DNA of 64,000 nt, taken from Cenarchaeum sp. GTDB taxonomy: Archaea > Thermoproteota > Nitrososphaeria > Nitrososphaerales > Nitrosopumilaceae. The stretch covers positions 1,056,001 through 1,120,000 of the forward strand of contig OY843768.1 in assembly GCA_963693095.2 (NCBI GenBank), given 5' to 3'. Positions 55,432-64,000 of this stretch are shown here, piece by piece. Position 1 is the stretch's first letter. Each line of letters starts with the position of its first letter. The notes under the pieces were generated by a model that was not told the origin of the DNA, ran no database searches, and saw only the letters and a list, made by a program, of their open reading frames with translations. The translations under genes were made by a program, and so were the position numbers.

Positions 55432-57351
55432 ATGAACCGCCGCCTAAAGGGAAAGGGCGGCAAGTCGCGCCTGACCCTGAGCAAGAGCAAAAAGGCCTGG
55501 CTCGCCTTTGCCTTTTTTGGCGGAATAATGCTCACATCCACAGTCGTTATCGGCATACCGGGCATACTCCCGCCACAGCAGGTCACGATAACAAACACGC
55601 CGCAGGACCGCTTTGCTGATGCTGACCGGCCGGCCCAGTGCGGCACGCCTGGTGCGGGCTCCACGCCATACGTGCAAGAGTACGAGATAACGCGGCCGTG
55701 CACAAAGCCGCTTGCGATTACCACCGATGATGAAGGCAACGTCTGGTTTACGCAGACAAACACTGGAAACCTCGCAATGTTTGATCCCGAGACCTCCGAG
55801 TTCTTTGAGTACTATAACCCGTCATGGCCACAGGCTGACTCGATGATGTGGGGCATAAAGCACTATGAGGACGGCAGCATCTGGTATACCGAGGATCGCC
55901 TAAACTCGGTATGGAAGTACATTGTGGACGAGGGCGCATACCTCAACGTCAGGTATGGCGAGGGTGATGACACGTTCCCGCACAGGATAACGGAGCTGGG
56001 AACGCAGCTCGTCATAAACGACTATACCGGCGGCCGCATCAGCTTTTTCAATCCCACTCCCGGCTCCAACGATCTGGGCTACTGGACCCTTGATGCGCCC
56101 AACCGCCTCGGCATAACGAGCGAGGTCGACTTTGACTCGTCCTTTGACATGTGGTACACAAACTGGGAGAACGGCGAGGGCGGCACGCTCGTGCGCTTTG
56201 ATGTCGGCGACTATTACGACGCGTTCAACAGCCTGCCTGACAACAGCACGGACATCGACATAGATGCCGACGACTATGTCGTGACCTTTGAGCTCCCCGA
56301 GGGGGCACCCACCATCAACGGCGTCGCAGTCGACGGGTTTGACCGCATATGGCTGTCAGACACGAACAGCAGCAACCTCTACAGGTTTGACACGTCCTCT
56401 GAAGAGTACACAAAGTACACGACGCTGCGCCCGCGCGTGGCCTCGTATGGAAACGCCTCAGGGGCGATCATAGAGCCAATAAGCAGGCCATACTTTGCGG
56501 ACACCGATGACCTCGGCAGGATCATATTCAACGAGCAGGCAAGCAACCGCATGGCCGTCCTCGACCCGTTCACCGAGAGGCTTGTAGAGTATACGATACC
56601 CTCGAGGAACCCAAACTGGGCCGACTGCGAGGAGGACGACTTTGGGTGCGGGATCGCGCAGGTCCTGGGCTTTGACTCTGACGGGGACAAGATATGGTTC
56701 ACCGAGTGGGTCGAGAACAACATTGGGGTCATCGACACGTCGATCGAGCTGCCCTATGAGATCGAGCTCGAGCCGCAGACAGTCACGATGGGCGCAAACG
56801 CCACCGAGTCAGTCATCTTGCGCGTCACGATGAACGGGACTGCCGGGGCAGGCCTCAGCCTAGAGATGTCGAGCACTGCCGGCATATTTGGCGTCGACGT
56901 CGAGGCCGAGGCCGTCGACTTGCACGACATCCTCGGCATTGACGTCGAGGGCGAGCCTGCAGGGCTGCCCGTCAATGCGACAGCCGACATTGCCGTCGAG
57001 GTTCGCGCCGAGGATGCCAGGGCCGGCACGCACAAGGTGGCCCTCGGGGTGGCCGATGACGACGTTGCAGTCACGAGATACCTGACCATAGTCATCGAGG
57101 GCGAGGATGGCGAGGCTGCTGCCGGAGAGCCCTTTGAGATAGTCGTCGGCGAGCCCGGGGATGGCGAGGGGGCCGGAGAGCCCTTTGAGATAGTCGTCGG
57201 CGAGCCCGGGGTCGAGGAGGGCACCGGCGAGCCGATCGAGATAGTCGTCGGTGAGCCCGGAGAGGCCGCCGCCGGAGAGCCGATCGAGATAGTCGTGGAG
57301 CCGCAGGGCGGAGACGACGCGCCTGAGGGCAGCGATGCGGACTCGCCGTGA
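55432..57351 (+). CDS. Membrane-anchored Vgb (virginiamycin B lyase)-like beta-propeller with acidic repeat tail
   Basis: N-terminal TM; repeated D.G.VWFT/IWYTE/IWFTE blades; four GEP[FI]EIVV repeats. Confidence 0.85.
   Translation: MNRRLKGKGGKSRLTLSKSKKAWLAFAFFGGIMLTSTVVIGIPGILPPQQVTITNTPQDRFADADRPAQCGTPGAGSTPYVQEYEITRPCTKPLAITTDDEGNVWFTQTNTGNLAMFDPETSEFFEYYNPSWPQADSMMWGIKHYEDGSIWYTEDRLNSVWKYIVDEGAYLNVRYGEGDDTFPHRITELGTQLVINDYTGGRISFFNPTPGSNDLGYWTLDAPNRLGITSEVDFDSSFDMWYTNWENGEGGTLVRFDVGDYYDAFNSLPDNSTDIDIDADDYVVTFELPEGAPTINGVAVDGFDRIWLSDTNSSNLYRFDTSSEEYTKYTTLRPRVASYGNASGAIIEPISRPYFADTDDLGRIIFNEQASNRMAVLDPFTERLVEYTIPSRNPNWADCEEDDFGCGIAQVLGFDSDGDKIWFTEWVENNIGVIDTSIELPYEIELEPQTVTMGANATESVILRVTMNGTAGAGLSLEMSSTAGIFGVDVEAEAVDLHDILGIDVEGEPAGLPVNATADIAVEVRAEDARAGTHKVALGVADDDVAVTRYLTIVIEGEDGEAAAGEPFEIVVGEPGDGEGAGEPFEIVVGEPGVEEGTGEPIEIVVGEPGEAAAGEPIEIVVEPQGGDDAPEGSDADSP
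57121..57305 (+). repeat. Four imperfect ~45-51-bp coding repeats
   Basis: GCCGGAGAGCCCTTTGAGATAGTCGTCGGCGAGCCCGG variants. Confidence 0.88.
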
Positions 57352-58547
57352 CGCCCGGAATTGACAAGGACATTGGAATCACCGTTTATGCGACATCCTT
57401 TGCCGGATGCGGCGGGACGATAAAGGGGGCCGTCGGCGACTTTGCCGTAAGCGAGGTCCTCTCTGACGCGTCATTGGCGGCCATTGGCGCCGAGTCTGGC
57501 TATGCCGTGTACGTCATGAGAAAGGCCGGAGTAGACACGCCGCACGCGCTCCAGAGGATGCGCCGCGCGACGGGAATAAAGCTAAAGGCGCTGGGCCTCA
57601 AGGACGCGCGCGCAACGACAGAGCAGTACGTGTGCGCAACGTCAAGGTCTGCGCGCCTCGCCGAGTACGCAGACGGCGAGGTCTCACTCTCCCCCGTCGG
57701 GTATGCGCCACGCCCGCTTAGCGCAAGGGACATGGTCGGCAACTCTTTTGCCATAGAGGTTCGCGGGCATGACGGAACCCTCGGGGAGTTTTCAGAGTGG
57801 GATGACGTGCCCAACTTTTATGCGTACCAGAGGTTTGGCTCGGCGCACACGGTCACCCATGTCATAGGGCGCGCCATGGTGGCCGGCGACTGGAAGCGCG
57901 CAGCAGAGGCCATACTGCATTTCGAGTCGCCGCACGGCGTCGGCAAGGACGCCGAGCGGCGGCGCAGGATCGCCGAGTGCTCCACATACGACGAGATGAT
58001 CTGCGAGATGCCACGGGGCATGGACATCGAGCGCGGGGTCGCCTCCTCCCTTGCGCGTGGAGGCGACGAGCTTGGGGCGATTCGGACCATACCTGTCGGG
58101 ATCAGGCGCCTCTACGTGCAGGCATACCAGTCATACATCTTTAATCGCGCGCTCTCTGAGGCAATAGGGCGCGGCGAGGGCCTCACCGCGCAAGACGGCG
58201 ATGTCTGCTATGGCAAGGACGGGAGGCTTGGCCGATGTGGCGCAGTAGACGGTCCGGCCCTCGCGCTGCCCCTCATGGGCCACTCTTACTATGCAAAGAC
58301 GAGGTTTGCCGATATCGTCGCAGAAATCATGCGCGAGGAGGGCACCTCGCCGAGGGACTTTGCGGTGCCAGACATGCGCGAGGCCGCCGCCGAGGGCGGC
58401 TTTCGGACCGCGATGATGCTCCCGCGCGAGGCGTCTGCCGACGGGGGAACCGTTCGCCTCACGCTGCGGCGCGGCTCGTACGCCACGGCCCTCATGCGCG
58501 AGGTCATAAAGCCGCAAGATCCCGTGGCCGCAGGCCTAGCGGCCTAA
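57348..58547 (+). CDS. truD: tRNA pseudouridine(13) synthase
   Basis: GLKDARA.TEQ, GNSF.I, PNFYAYQRFG, AYQSYIFN, RGSYAT..MRE. Confidence 0.94.
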   Translation: MTPGIDKDIGITVYATSFAGCGGTIKGAVGDFAVSEVLSDASLAAIGAESGYAVYVMRKAGVDTPHALQRMRRATGIKLKALGLKDARATTEQYVCATSRSARLAEYADGEVSLSPVGYAPRPLSARDMVGNSFAIEVRGHDGTLGEFSEWDDVPNFYAYQRFGSAHTVTHVIGRAMVAGDWKRAAEAILHFESPHGVGKDAERRRRIAECSTYDEMICEMPRGMDIERGVASSLARGGDELGAIRTIPVGIRRLYVQAYQSYIFNRALSEAIGRGEGLTAQDGDVCYGKDGRLGRCGAVDGPALALPLMGHSYYAKTRFADIVAEIMREEGTSPRDFAVPDMREAAAEGGFRTAMMLPREASADGGTVRLTLRRGSYATALMREVIKPQDPVAAGLAA

Positions 58548-58617
58548 AGACAATAGACAAGCTTGACAAATGATTTGCCGTCTTGGCCTTTAATCACGTC
58601 CTGCGAGCGTCTAGCCA

Positions 58618-59307
58618 ATGGCCACGTCATGGGAGGGGCACGCGCCACGCGAGGGCATAATGGGCCACACGAACCTAGTCCTGTTTGTCGTCGCCGTCAC
58701 TAGCTCGATAGTCGCGTTTCTCACGTTCCACCCCATAATCAACGCGCTCAACGCCGAGTCATCCACCGTCATTGCGGCAATGTTTGTCCCCGTGATGGCC
58801 ATAGGGTTCGTCTATGGCATGAGAATGACCGAGCGGGCCATGCGCGGGGACCCCGGAGGCAGCCCGCTGTGGCGCACGATAACAAAGGTGTTCCTGTTCA
58901 TCTTTGTCATGGGAGGCATATTCAGCTCGGTCAACTTTGCGATAAACGGCGGAAGTGTCCCATCCGTCACGACCATACTTGATAATGGCCTAGTGGAGTG
59001 GGCAGGCGAGTTTGTCAGCGCAAACGGCGGTGTCGTGTTCCTGATAATCTCAAGTGTGACCATAATGGCCTCAGCCACGAGGAGAATCGTAAAGCTTGGA
59101 GGCAGGCTCAACATGATCTTTACGTTCGTCGGCACGTTCACCTTTGTGATGATGCTCGCAGTGAGCCTCACGCAGGGAAGCCTAGCAGACAGCGAGGTCT
59201 ATCTCTATACGTTCTACCAGGCCGGAGTTGTAGGCGGCGCGTTCTTTGAGATGAACCGCCTCACAAAAAAGCAAAACTATTGGGAAGACTATCTCAGCGG
59301 CTACTAG
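58618..59307 (+). CDS. Conserved hypothetical multi-pass membrane protein
   Basis: About six TM helices; start may be ATG 58660. Confidence 0.78.
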   Translation: MATSWEGHAPREGIMGHTNLVLFVVAVTSSIVAFLTFHPIINALNAESSTVIAAMFVPVMAIGFVYGMRMTERAMRGDPGGSPLWRTITKVFLFIFVMGGIFSSVNFAINGGSVPSVTTILDNGLVEWAGEFVSANGGVVFLIISSVTIMASATRRIVKLGGRLNMIFTFVGTFTFVMMLAVSLTQGSLADSEVYLYTFYQAGVVGGAFFEMNRLTKKQNYWEDYLSGY

Positions 59308-59657
59308 TAGAGTCCGGCATACTTGGCGCACTCGGCGCTAGTAGAGTCGCGCTCTGAGCGGCACTCCTCAAATATCTCAGACTCTACCCACGTCGTGTAG
59401 CGCTTGCACTCGGGGCTCTCGAGGTCGCCCTCGGCAACGCAGCGCTCAAAGGTCACAAACGGCATGTACTTTTCGCACCCCTCGCCAAACTCCGACTCTA
59501 CGCACCCCTCATAGTGTGCCGTCTGCGCGCGCTGTATCTGGTCCGCATAGAGAACCTCCTCGCCGATCGACAGGTGTAGTATGCCAATGACTGCAAGCGA
59601 GGCGGCAACTAGAATCATAGAGTATCCCACCTTTGCGTGGTGTCGCGGCTCGGCCAA
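59304..59657 (-). CDS. Membrane-anchored protein with three C-x7/9-C helical repeats
   Basis: N-terminal TM; E.C.....CEKY / ECKRY / ECAKY. Confidence 0.7.
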   Translation of the reverse strand: MAEPRHHAKVGYSMILVAASLAVIGILHLSIGEEVLYADQIQRAQTAHYEGCVESEFGEGCEKYMPFVTFERCVAEGDLESPECKRYTTWVESEIFEECRSERDSTSAECAKYAGLY

Positions 59658-59806
59658 CCTGCGCGCGCGGCCCGCAGAGCCGGATTTAACCCTTTCAGGA
59701 TTGCCTGCAGCCGAGCACGAAACGCGTGACGGCCACAGGACAGTGCCTCACAGGCCAATCCCGTCGTTCACGCCACAGATAAATAACGTAGAATCCGCGT
59801 TGCCGC

Positions 59807-60706
59807 GTGAACAAACTTGCGATACTCTGCGTAATTGTGGCAATTCCCGTTGCCGCAGCGGGCGCACAGTCTGACATACCCGAATGGGTAAAGAACAACG
59901 CCGGATGGTGGGCCGACGGCTCGATAGACGACGCGACGTTCGTCGGGGGCATCGAGTTTCTCATCGGCGAGGGCATCATAGAGGTGCCGCCAACTAGCGC
60001 CGGAGGAGACGGAGGCGACTCGATACCCGCATGGATAAAGAACAACGCCGGATGGTGGGCCGACGGCTCGATAGATGACGCGACGTTCGTCGGTGCGCTG
60101 CAGTTTCTCATGGAAAAGGGCATCATCAGCGTGGGCGCCCAGGATGATGCCAAAGTCGCAGACAATGTGGGCGCGGGCATGTCCGATGGCACAACAGGTG
60201 CGCTAGAGGCCGAGCTAGAGGCGTGCGAGGAGATCAAGAGGGCGCGCGATCGCCTAGACTGCAGGAACGAGATTGAGGACAGGATACTAGTAGAGTGGTA
60301 CAAGGCAAACTCGGATATCTATGAGGTCGGGCCAATAACGTACTATTATCCCGGACTCGGAACCGACGGCAACTCGTTTTACATGCAGGGAAGCCAGCCC
60401 ATACTCGACATCACGATGATGGCCATAAACGCGCGCGGGGCCGACAATGTCGCGCTCTCGTGCACGAGCCCGTCGATCTGCAGCTATGACGTGCATGACG
60501 GAACCAGTGCGTTCAAGTACACGTCGACTGACTTTACGAGCGGCCAGCACGTGATCAGGCCGGGCGAGGCGCGCGAGTTTAACATACTCTTTGGGCCAAA
60601 CATCGGATATGGCGGAACGCAGCTAGAGTATGACGCCTCAAAGTCGTACACGTTCCGGATAGACGAGTCATTCGGGAGCGCCGACGTTTCACTAGACCTG
60701 CAATAG
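59807..60706 (+). CDS. Secreted protein with two 'IPxWxKNNAGWWADG' surface modules and a C-terminal Ig-like domain
   Basis: Signal peptide; near-identical internal duplication at ~59875-59980 and ~60022-60127. Confidence 0.85.
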   Translation: MNKLAILCVIVAIPVAAAGAQSDIPEWVKNNAGWWADGSIDDATFVGGIEFLIGEGIIEVPPTSAGGDGGDSIPAWIKNNAGWWADGSIDDATFVGALQFLMEKGIISVGAQDDAKVADNVGAGMSDGTTGALEAELEACEEIKRARDRLDCRNEIEDRILVEWYKANSDIYEVGPITYYYPGLGTDGNSFYMQGSQPILDITMMAINARGADNVALSCTSPSICSYDVHDGTSAFKYTSTDFTSGQHVIRPGEAREFNILFGPNIGYGGTQLEYDASKSYTFRIDESFGSADVSLDLQ

Positions 60707-60761
60707 GCGCATTCTGCGGCCTAACAAGCTATTTTAAGCAAAGAACTGCGCGCCCGCACGG

Positions 60762-60860
60762 GCTCCAGTGGTGTAGACCGGTCAAGCATATCGCCCTTTC
60801 AAGGCGATGATCTCGGGTTCAAATTCCACGGCGTGGGTGAAAGTCCCGACTGGAGCACCA
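60762..60860 (+). tRNA. tRNA-Glu(UUC) with a 20-nt non-canonical intron at position 59/60 (60824-60843)
   Basis: GCTCCAG...CTGGAGC-A-CCA; TCGCC-CTTTCAA-GGCGA; BHB motif with TTCA/TGAA helix and AAT/AGT bulges. Confidence 0.93.
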
Positions 60861-60943
60861 ACCACATCACTGCCCGCGGCGGCTCTTGCGGCGCTCACAG
60901 CCCCACGCTAGTCTTAAATCACGGCCGGCGTGGCGCCTGGCGC

Positions 60944-61801
60944 ATGGGGTCAGGCAGCGCGAGCATGGAGGCAAACCCCCTCCTTGGAACATATGGCACG
61001 CACATTGAGAGGATCAATGCGGCCCTTGACGCCGAGATCCAAATGTACGCCGAGTCCGAGTTTGCAGCACCCCTGCGCTATGCCATACGTGACGGAAAGC
61101 GCATCAGACCCCTCATACTCGTGCTCGCCGCCGAGTGCGTCGGGCGCGTCGACGAGGATGCGTACACGGCCTCGTGCGCCGTAGAGTTCCTGCACACAGA
61201 GTCAGTCATACATGACGACATTATCGACAACGAGTCGCAGCGCAGGTCACTAGACCCGTTTCACATAAAGTACGGATACAACACGGCCATACTCACGGGC
61301 GACTTTGTGCTCGGCATGATACTAAACATGTCATCAAAGATAGGAAACTCGCGAATCACGCGCGACCTGGCAACGACGGCGATGCTCATGAGCGAGGGCG
61401 AGGTCCTCGAGGGCACGCTTGCCACAGTGGCCGACATCACGTTTGATGACTATGTCAAGGTGATAAGCTTCAAGACGGCAACGGCGTTTGAGGCCGCCGC
61501 GCGGATCGGCGCACTCACTGCAGGGGGGGATGAGACGCAGGTCGCGGCCCTCACCGAGTACGGGCGCAGCATCGGGATCGCGTATCAGATACGCGATGAC
61601 CTAGCAGACTGGAACAATGAGGAAAAGATATTCAACGCGCTCATAAAAAAGTGCCCTGACCCACGCGGCGCATTTGACAAGATGGAGACGATGCTAGGCG
61701 AGTACGCGCAAAAGGCGCGCGCCGCACTCGAGTCCCTTCCGGCCGGCGAGGCAAGGGACGGCCTAGCTGGCCTAGTCGACTTTACTGCGCTCAAGGCATG
61801 A
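60944..61801 (+). CDS. Trans-polyprenyl diphosphate synthase
   Basis: GKRIRP, HDDIID...RR, KTA, YQIRDDLAD. Confidence 0.93.
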   Translation: MGSGSASMEANPLLGTYGTHIERINAALDAEIQMYAESEFAAPLRYAIRDGKRIRPLILVLAAECVGRVDEDAYTASCAVEFLHTESVIHDDIIDNESQRRSLDPFHIKYGYNTAILTGDFVLGMILNMSSKIGNSRITRDLATTAMLMSEGEVLEGTLATVADITFDDYVKVISFKTATAFEAAARIGALTAGGDETQVAALTEYGRSIGIAYQIRDDLADWNNEEKIFNALIKKCPDPRGAFDKMETMLGEYAQKARAALESLPAGEARDGLAGLVDFTALKA

Positions 61802-63278
61802 GGCCGACGGCCGGTGCGGCGCTCTGCGCGAACTGTATGAGCGGGTCAGGATAGACGCCAAATGCGACCATAAAGCCTATCGAGAATGCCAGGACCGCGA
61901 TCACCGCGCGAGGCTCGCGCACGCGGGGCTCACCAGAGTCCTCAAAGTACATCTTGCGTATTATCCACCCATAGTACGCAAGCGAGAGCGCGCTGTTTAG
62001 CACTCCGGCAATGGCAAGCCAGGGAGCCCACGAGACTGTCGCGCCTGCGTCGATTGCGGCACCAAAGAGGACGAGCTTGCTCCAAAATCCGTTCAGCGGC
62101 GGCACGCCGGCTAGCGCAAGGAGCGATATGGCGATGCCGAGCGCAGTTATTGGCATGCGCCTCCCGAGGCCGCGCAGCCTGTCGATCTGCGTGACTGCAA
62201 GGACAGTCACGGTGCCGGCTATGGCGATAAAGGCCGCACCCTTCATGACTGCGTGGTTTAGCACGTGGAGGAGCGAGCCGGGCAGCGCAGTCGCCGAGTA
62301 TGGCGCCACGGCCAGGCCGATGAGAATGTATCCGGCATGCCCAATGCTAGAGTACGCAAGCATCCTCGAGAGGCTCTTTTGCATGATCGCCGCAATGTTG
62401 CCCACTGTCATTGTCATGACCGCAATTATGCCAAGCGCAATCGTCCAGTCAACGCTCAGGGCCGCCATGCCGATGATAACGACGCGGATTGCGGCTGCAA
62501 ATCCGGCCTTTTTCGTGCCTGCCGCAAGGAGTGCCGTTATCGGCGGGGGCGAGCCCTCGTACGTGTCCGGGAGCCACATGTGGAACGGGACGAGGCCCAT
62601 CTTGAAGCCAAAGCCTGCCACAAAGAGCGCGCCAGACAGCAGCGCAAGCGGCATGAGTGAGGCATCAAGGCCTGCAAGGCCGGTGACGACACCGCCGATG
62701 TCAGTCGTGCCCGTGAGGCCGTACGCAAGCGATATCGCATAGACTATGAGCGCCGAGGCGAGCGCGCCGAACATAAAGTACTTTATCGCCGCCTCATTGG
62801 ATGACGGGTCGCGCTTGTTGAATCCGGCAAGGACATAGGTCGGTATGCTCATGAGCTCCCAGGCGATAAAGAGGACTATGAGGTCATTGGCATAGGCGAC
62901 CATGACCATGCCGACAGCCGACAAGAGTATGAGCGAGTAATAGACGGCCGGATAGCGCTTTTCACGCATGTACGAAAACGAGCTCACCGTCGTGAAGATC
63001 GCGACTATGAGCATCGCGATGGCGAAAAATCCACCGAGCATGTCATCTGCAATAACTTCACCCGTGAAGACCTGCGAGGCCGCAACTGTCCCCATTGCGA
63101 CCTGCGAGGTGACATACGATATTGCCGCAACTAGCGCGCCTAGCGCGATCGCCGCATAGAACGTGTTGGAGCCTCCATCGCGGCGAAGGACATTGATGAC
63201 CGGAAGCGCGACGCCGACTGCGCCAAGAATCGCCGTTATGACAATCGGAGACGATAATAGTTCCACCATGACACCCAC
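61791..63278 (-). CDS. nuoN: Complex I subunit N
   Basis: EAAIKYF, FKMGLVPFHMWLPDTYEG, RMLAYSSIGHAGY, LAGVPP..GF.SK. Confidence 0.95.
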   Translation of the reverse strand: MGVMVELLSSPIVITAILGAVGVALPVINVLRRDGGSNTFYAAIALGALVAAISYVTSQVAMGTVAASQVFTGEVIADDMLGGFFAIAMLIVAIFTTVSSFSYMREKRYPAVYYSLILLSAVGMVMVAYANDLIVLFIAWELMSIPTYVLAGFNKRDPSSNEAAIKYFMFGALASALIVYAISLAYGLTGTTDIGGVVTGLAGLDASLMPLALLSGALFVAGFGFKMGLVPFHMWLPDTYEGSPPPITALLAAGTKKAGFAAAIRVVIIGMAALSVDWTIALGIIAVMTMTVGNIAAIMQKSLSRMLAYSSIGHAGYILIGLAVAPYSATALPGSLLHVLNHAVMKGAAFIAIAGTVTVLAVTQIDRLRGLGRRMPITALGIAISLLALAGVPPLNGFWSKLVLFGAAIDAGATVSWAPWLAIAGVLNSALSLAYYGWIIRKMYFEDSGEPRVREPRAVIAVLAFSIGFMVAFGVYPDPLIQFAQSAAPAVGLMP

Positions 63279-64000
63279 CTACACCAGGAGCATCAGGGCC
63301 ACAAAGAGCAGCCCTGCCCCAAACACGTAAAGATATGACTGTGTGATTCCCGTCTGCGATCCCTGCACGACGCGCGCGGTCCACAGAACCGCCCTCTCGA
63401 GGCCAACGTTCATGCCGGCATCGATCGCCGTGCGCTCAAAGTACCTAAACACGCCGCGCGCAAGCCACAGCGGCGCGACGACAAATGACCAGTATATGGC
63501 CGCATTGAGGTACCACCTGTTGAGAAACAGCGCATGAAGCCCGCGAAAGACTGCGTTGGAGCCGACAAAGCGTGCGGGGTCTATCCATCGCCCGACATAG
63601 AACGCATACCCCAGGCCAATGCCAGTCGCAAACGCGGCAAGCGAGGCGCCAAGTGCTATCGGATTCAGGCCCGCGAGCGGCCAGGGCAGCGACGAGGCGG
63701 CCTCCTCGCCGTGCGAGACGTGTATGCCAAAGGACTCCTCGAGGTACCCGCCAAACAGCGCGTGGAGGGACTCTTCAAAGGCGAGGCCCATTATGCCCAC
63801 GCCGATCGTTATTGCCGCAAGTATCCCATATGGAACCCACATCGAGAGCGGGGCCTCGTGGACTCCATGGCCGTCTGACTCTAGTTTCTTGACGTGCTCG
63901 CTCTTTGGCCCAAAGAAGACCATGCCGATCATGCGTGTCGTATAGAACGCCGTGATGACTGCAGTCAGGACAGCCATGGCAAATATCGGCAGTGCCCACT
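63279..64000 (-). CDS. nuoL: Complex I subunit L, 3' part (truncated by window)
   Basis: ITAFYTTRM...FFG, HEAP.SM..P, NRWY, QTG...Y. Confidence 0.92.
   Translation of the reverse strand, partial: WALPIFAMAVLTAVITAFYTTRMIGMVFFGPKSEHVKKLESDGHGVHEAPLSMWVPYGILAAITIGVGIMGLAFEESLHALFGGYLEESFGIHVSHGEEAASSLPWPLAGLNPIALGASLAAFATGIGLGYAFYVGRWIDPARFVGSNAVFRGLHALFLNRWYLNAAIYWSFVVAPLWLARGVFRYFERTAIDAGMNVGLERAVLWTARVVQGSQTGITQSYLYVFGAGLLFVALMLLV

Noticed and set aside
61791-64000. nuoM missing between nuoL and nuoN
   Set aside because: The operon is cut by the window edge, and nuoM is expected upstream of nuoL in this lineage

Overview
GC-rich archaeal chromosome segment. Its gene content and order point to Nitrososphaerota (Nitrosopumilaceae): psmB, trmI, argS, DRG GTPase, sir plus rhodanese, thiDN/thiC, aroC-CM/AT-tyrA, pfdB, xpf, nob1, aIF-5A, dph6, srp54, alba, pth2, truD, nuoL-nuoN, and 'IPxWxKNNAGWW' surface modules. 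High GC and giant surface proteins suggest a Cenarchaeum-like sponge or invertebrate symbiont (inference). Four tRNAs are present: Pro-CGG, Ala-GGC, Lys-UUU and Glu-UUC with a T-loop BHB intron. A likely C/D box guide RNA targets tRNA-Met C34. Accessory segments: (i) a duplicated two-gene cassette (65-aa peptide plus a Pycsar-effector-like membrane protein) with a complete ISH3-family IS in one promoter; (ii) a 10.8-kb three-gene operon of secreted HYR/FG-GAP propeller proteins and a gluzincin protease; (iii) a low-GC AAA_14/DUF4143 ATPase-nuclease gene next to an AT-rich tract and a 6.5-copy 34-bp repeat array built from palindromes; (iv) a small island beside tRNA-Lys bounded by decayed ISH3 ends. 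Two microproteins below the ORF-track cutoff and a candidate structured ncRNA were read directly from intergenic DNA. All family calls come from motif recognition by eye; no database searches were run.
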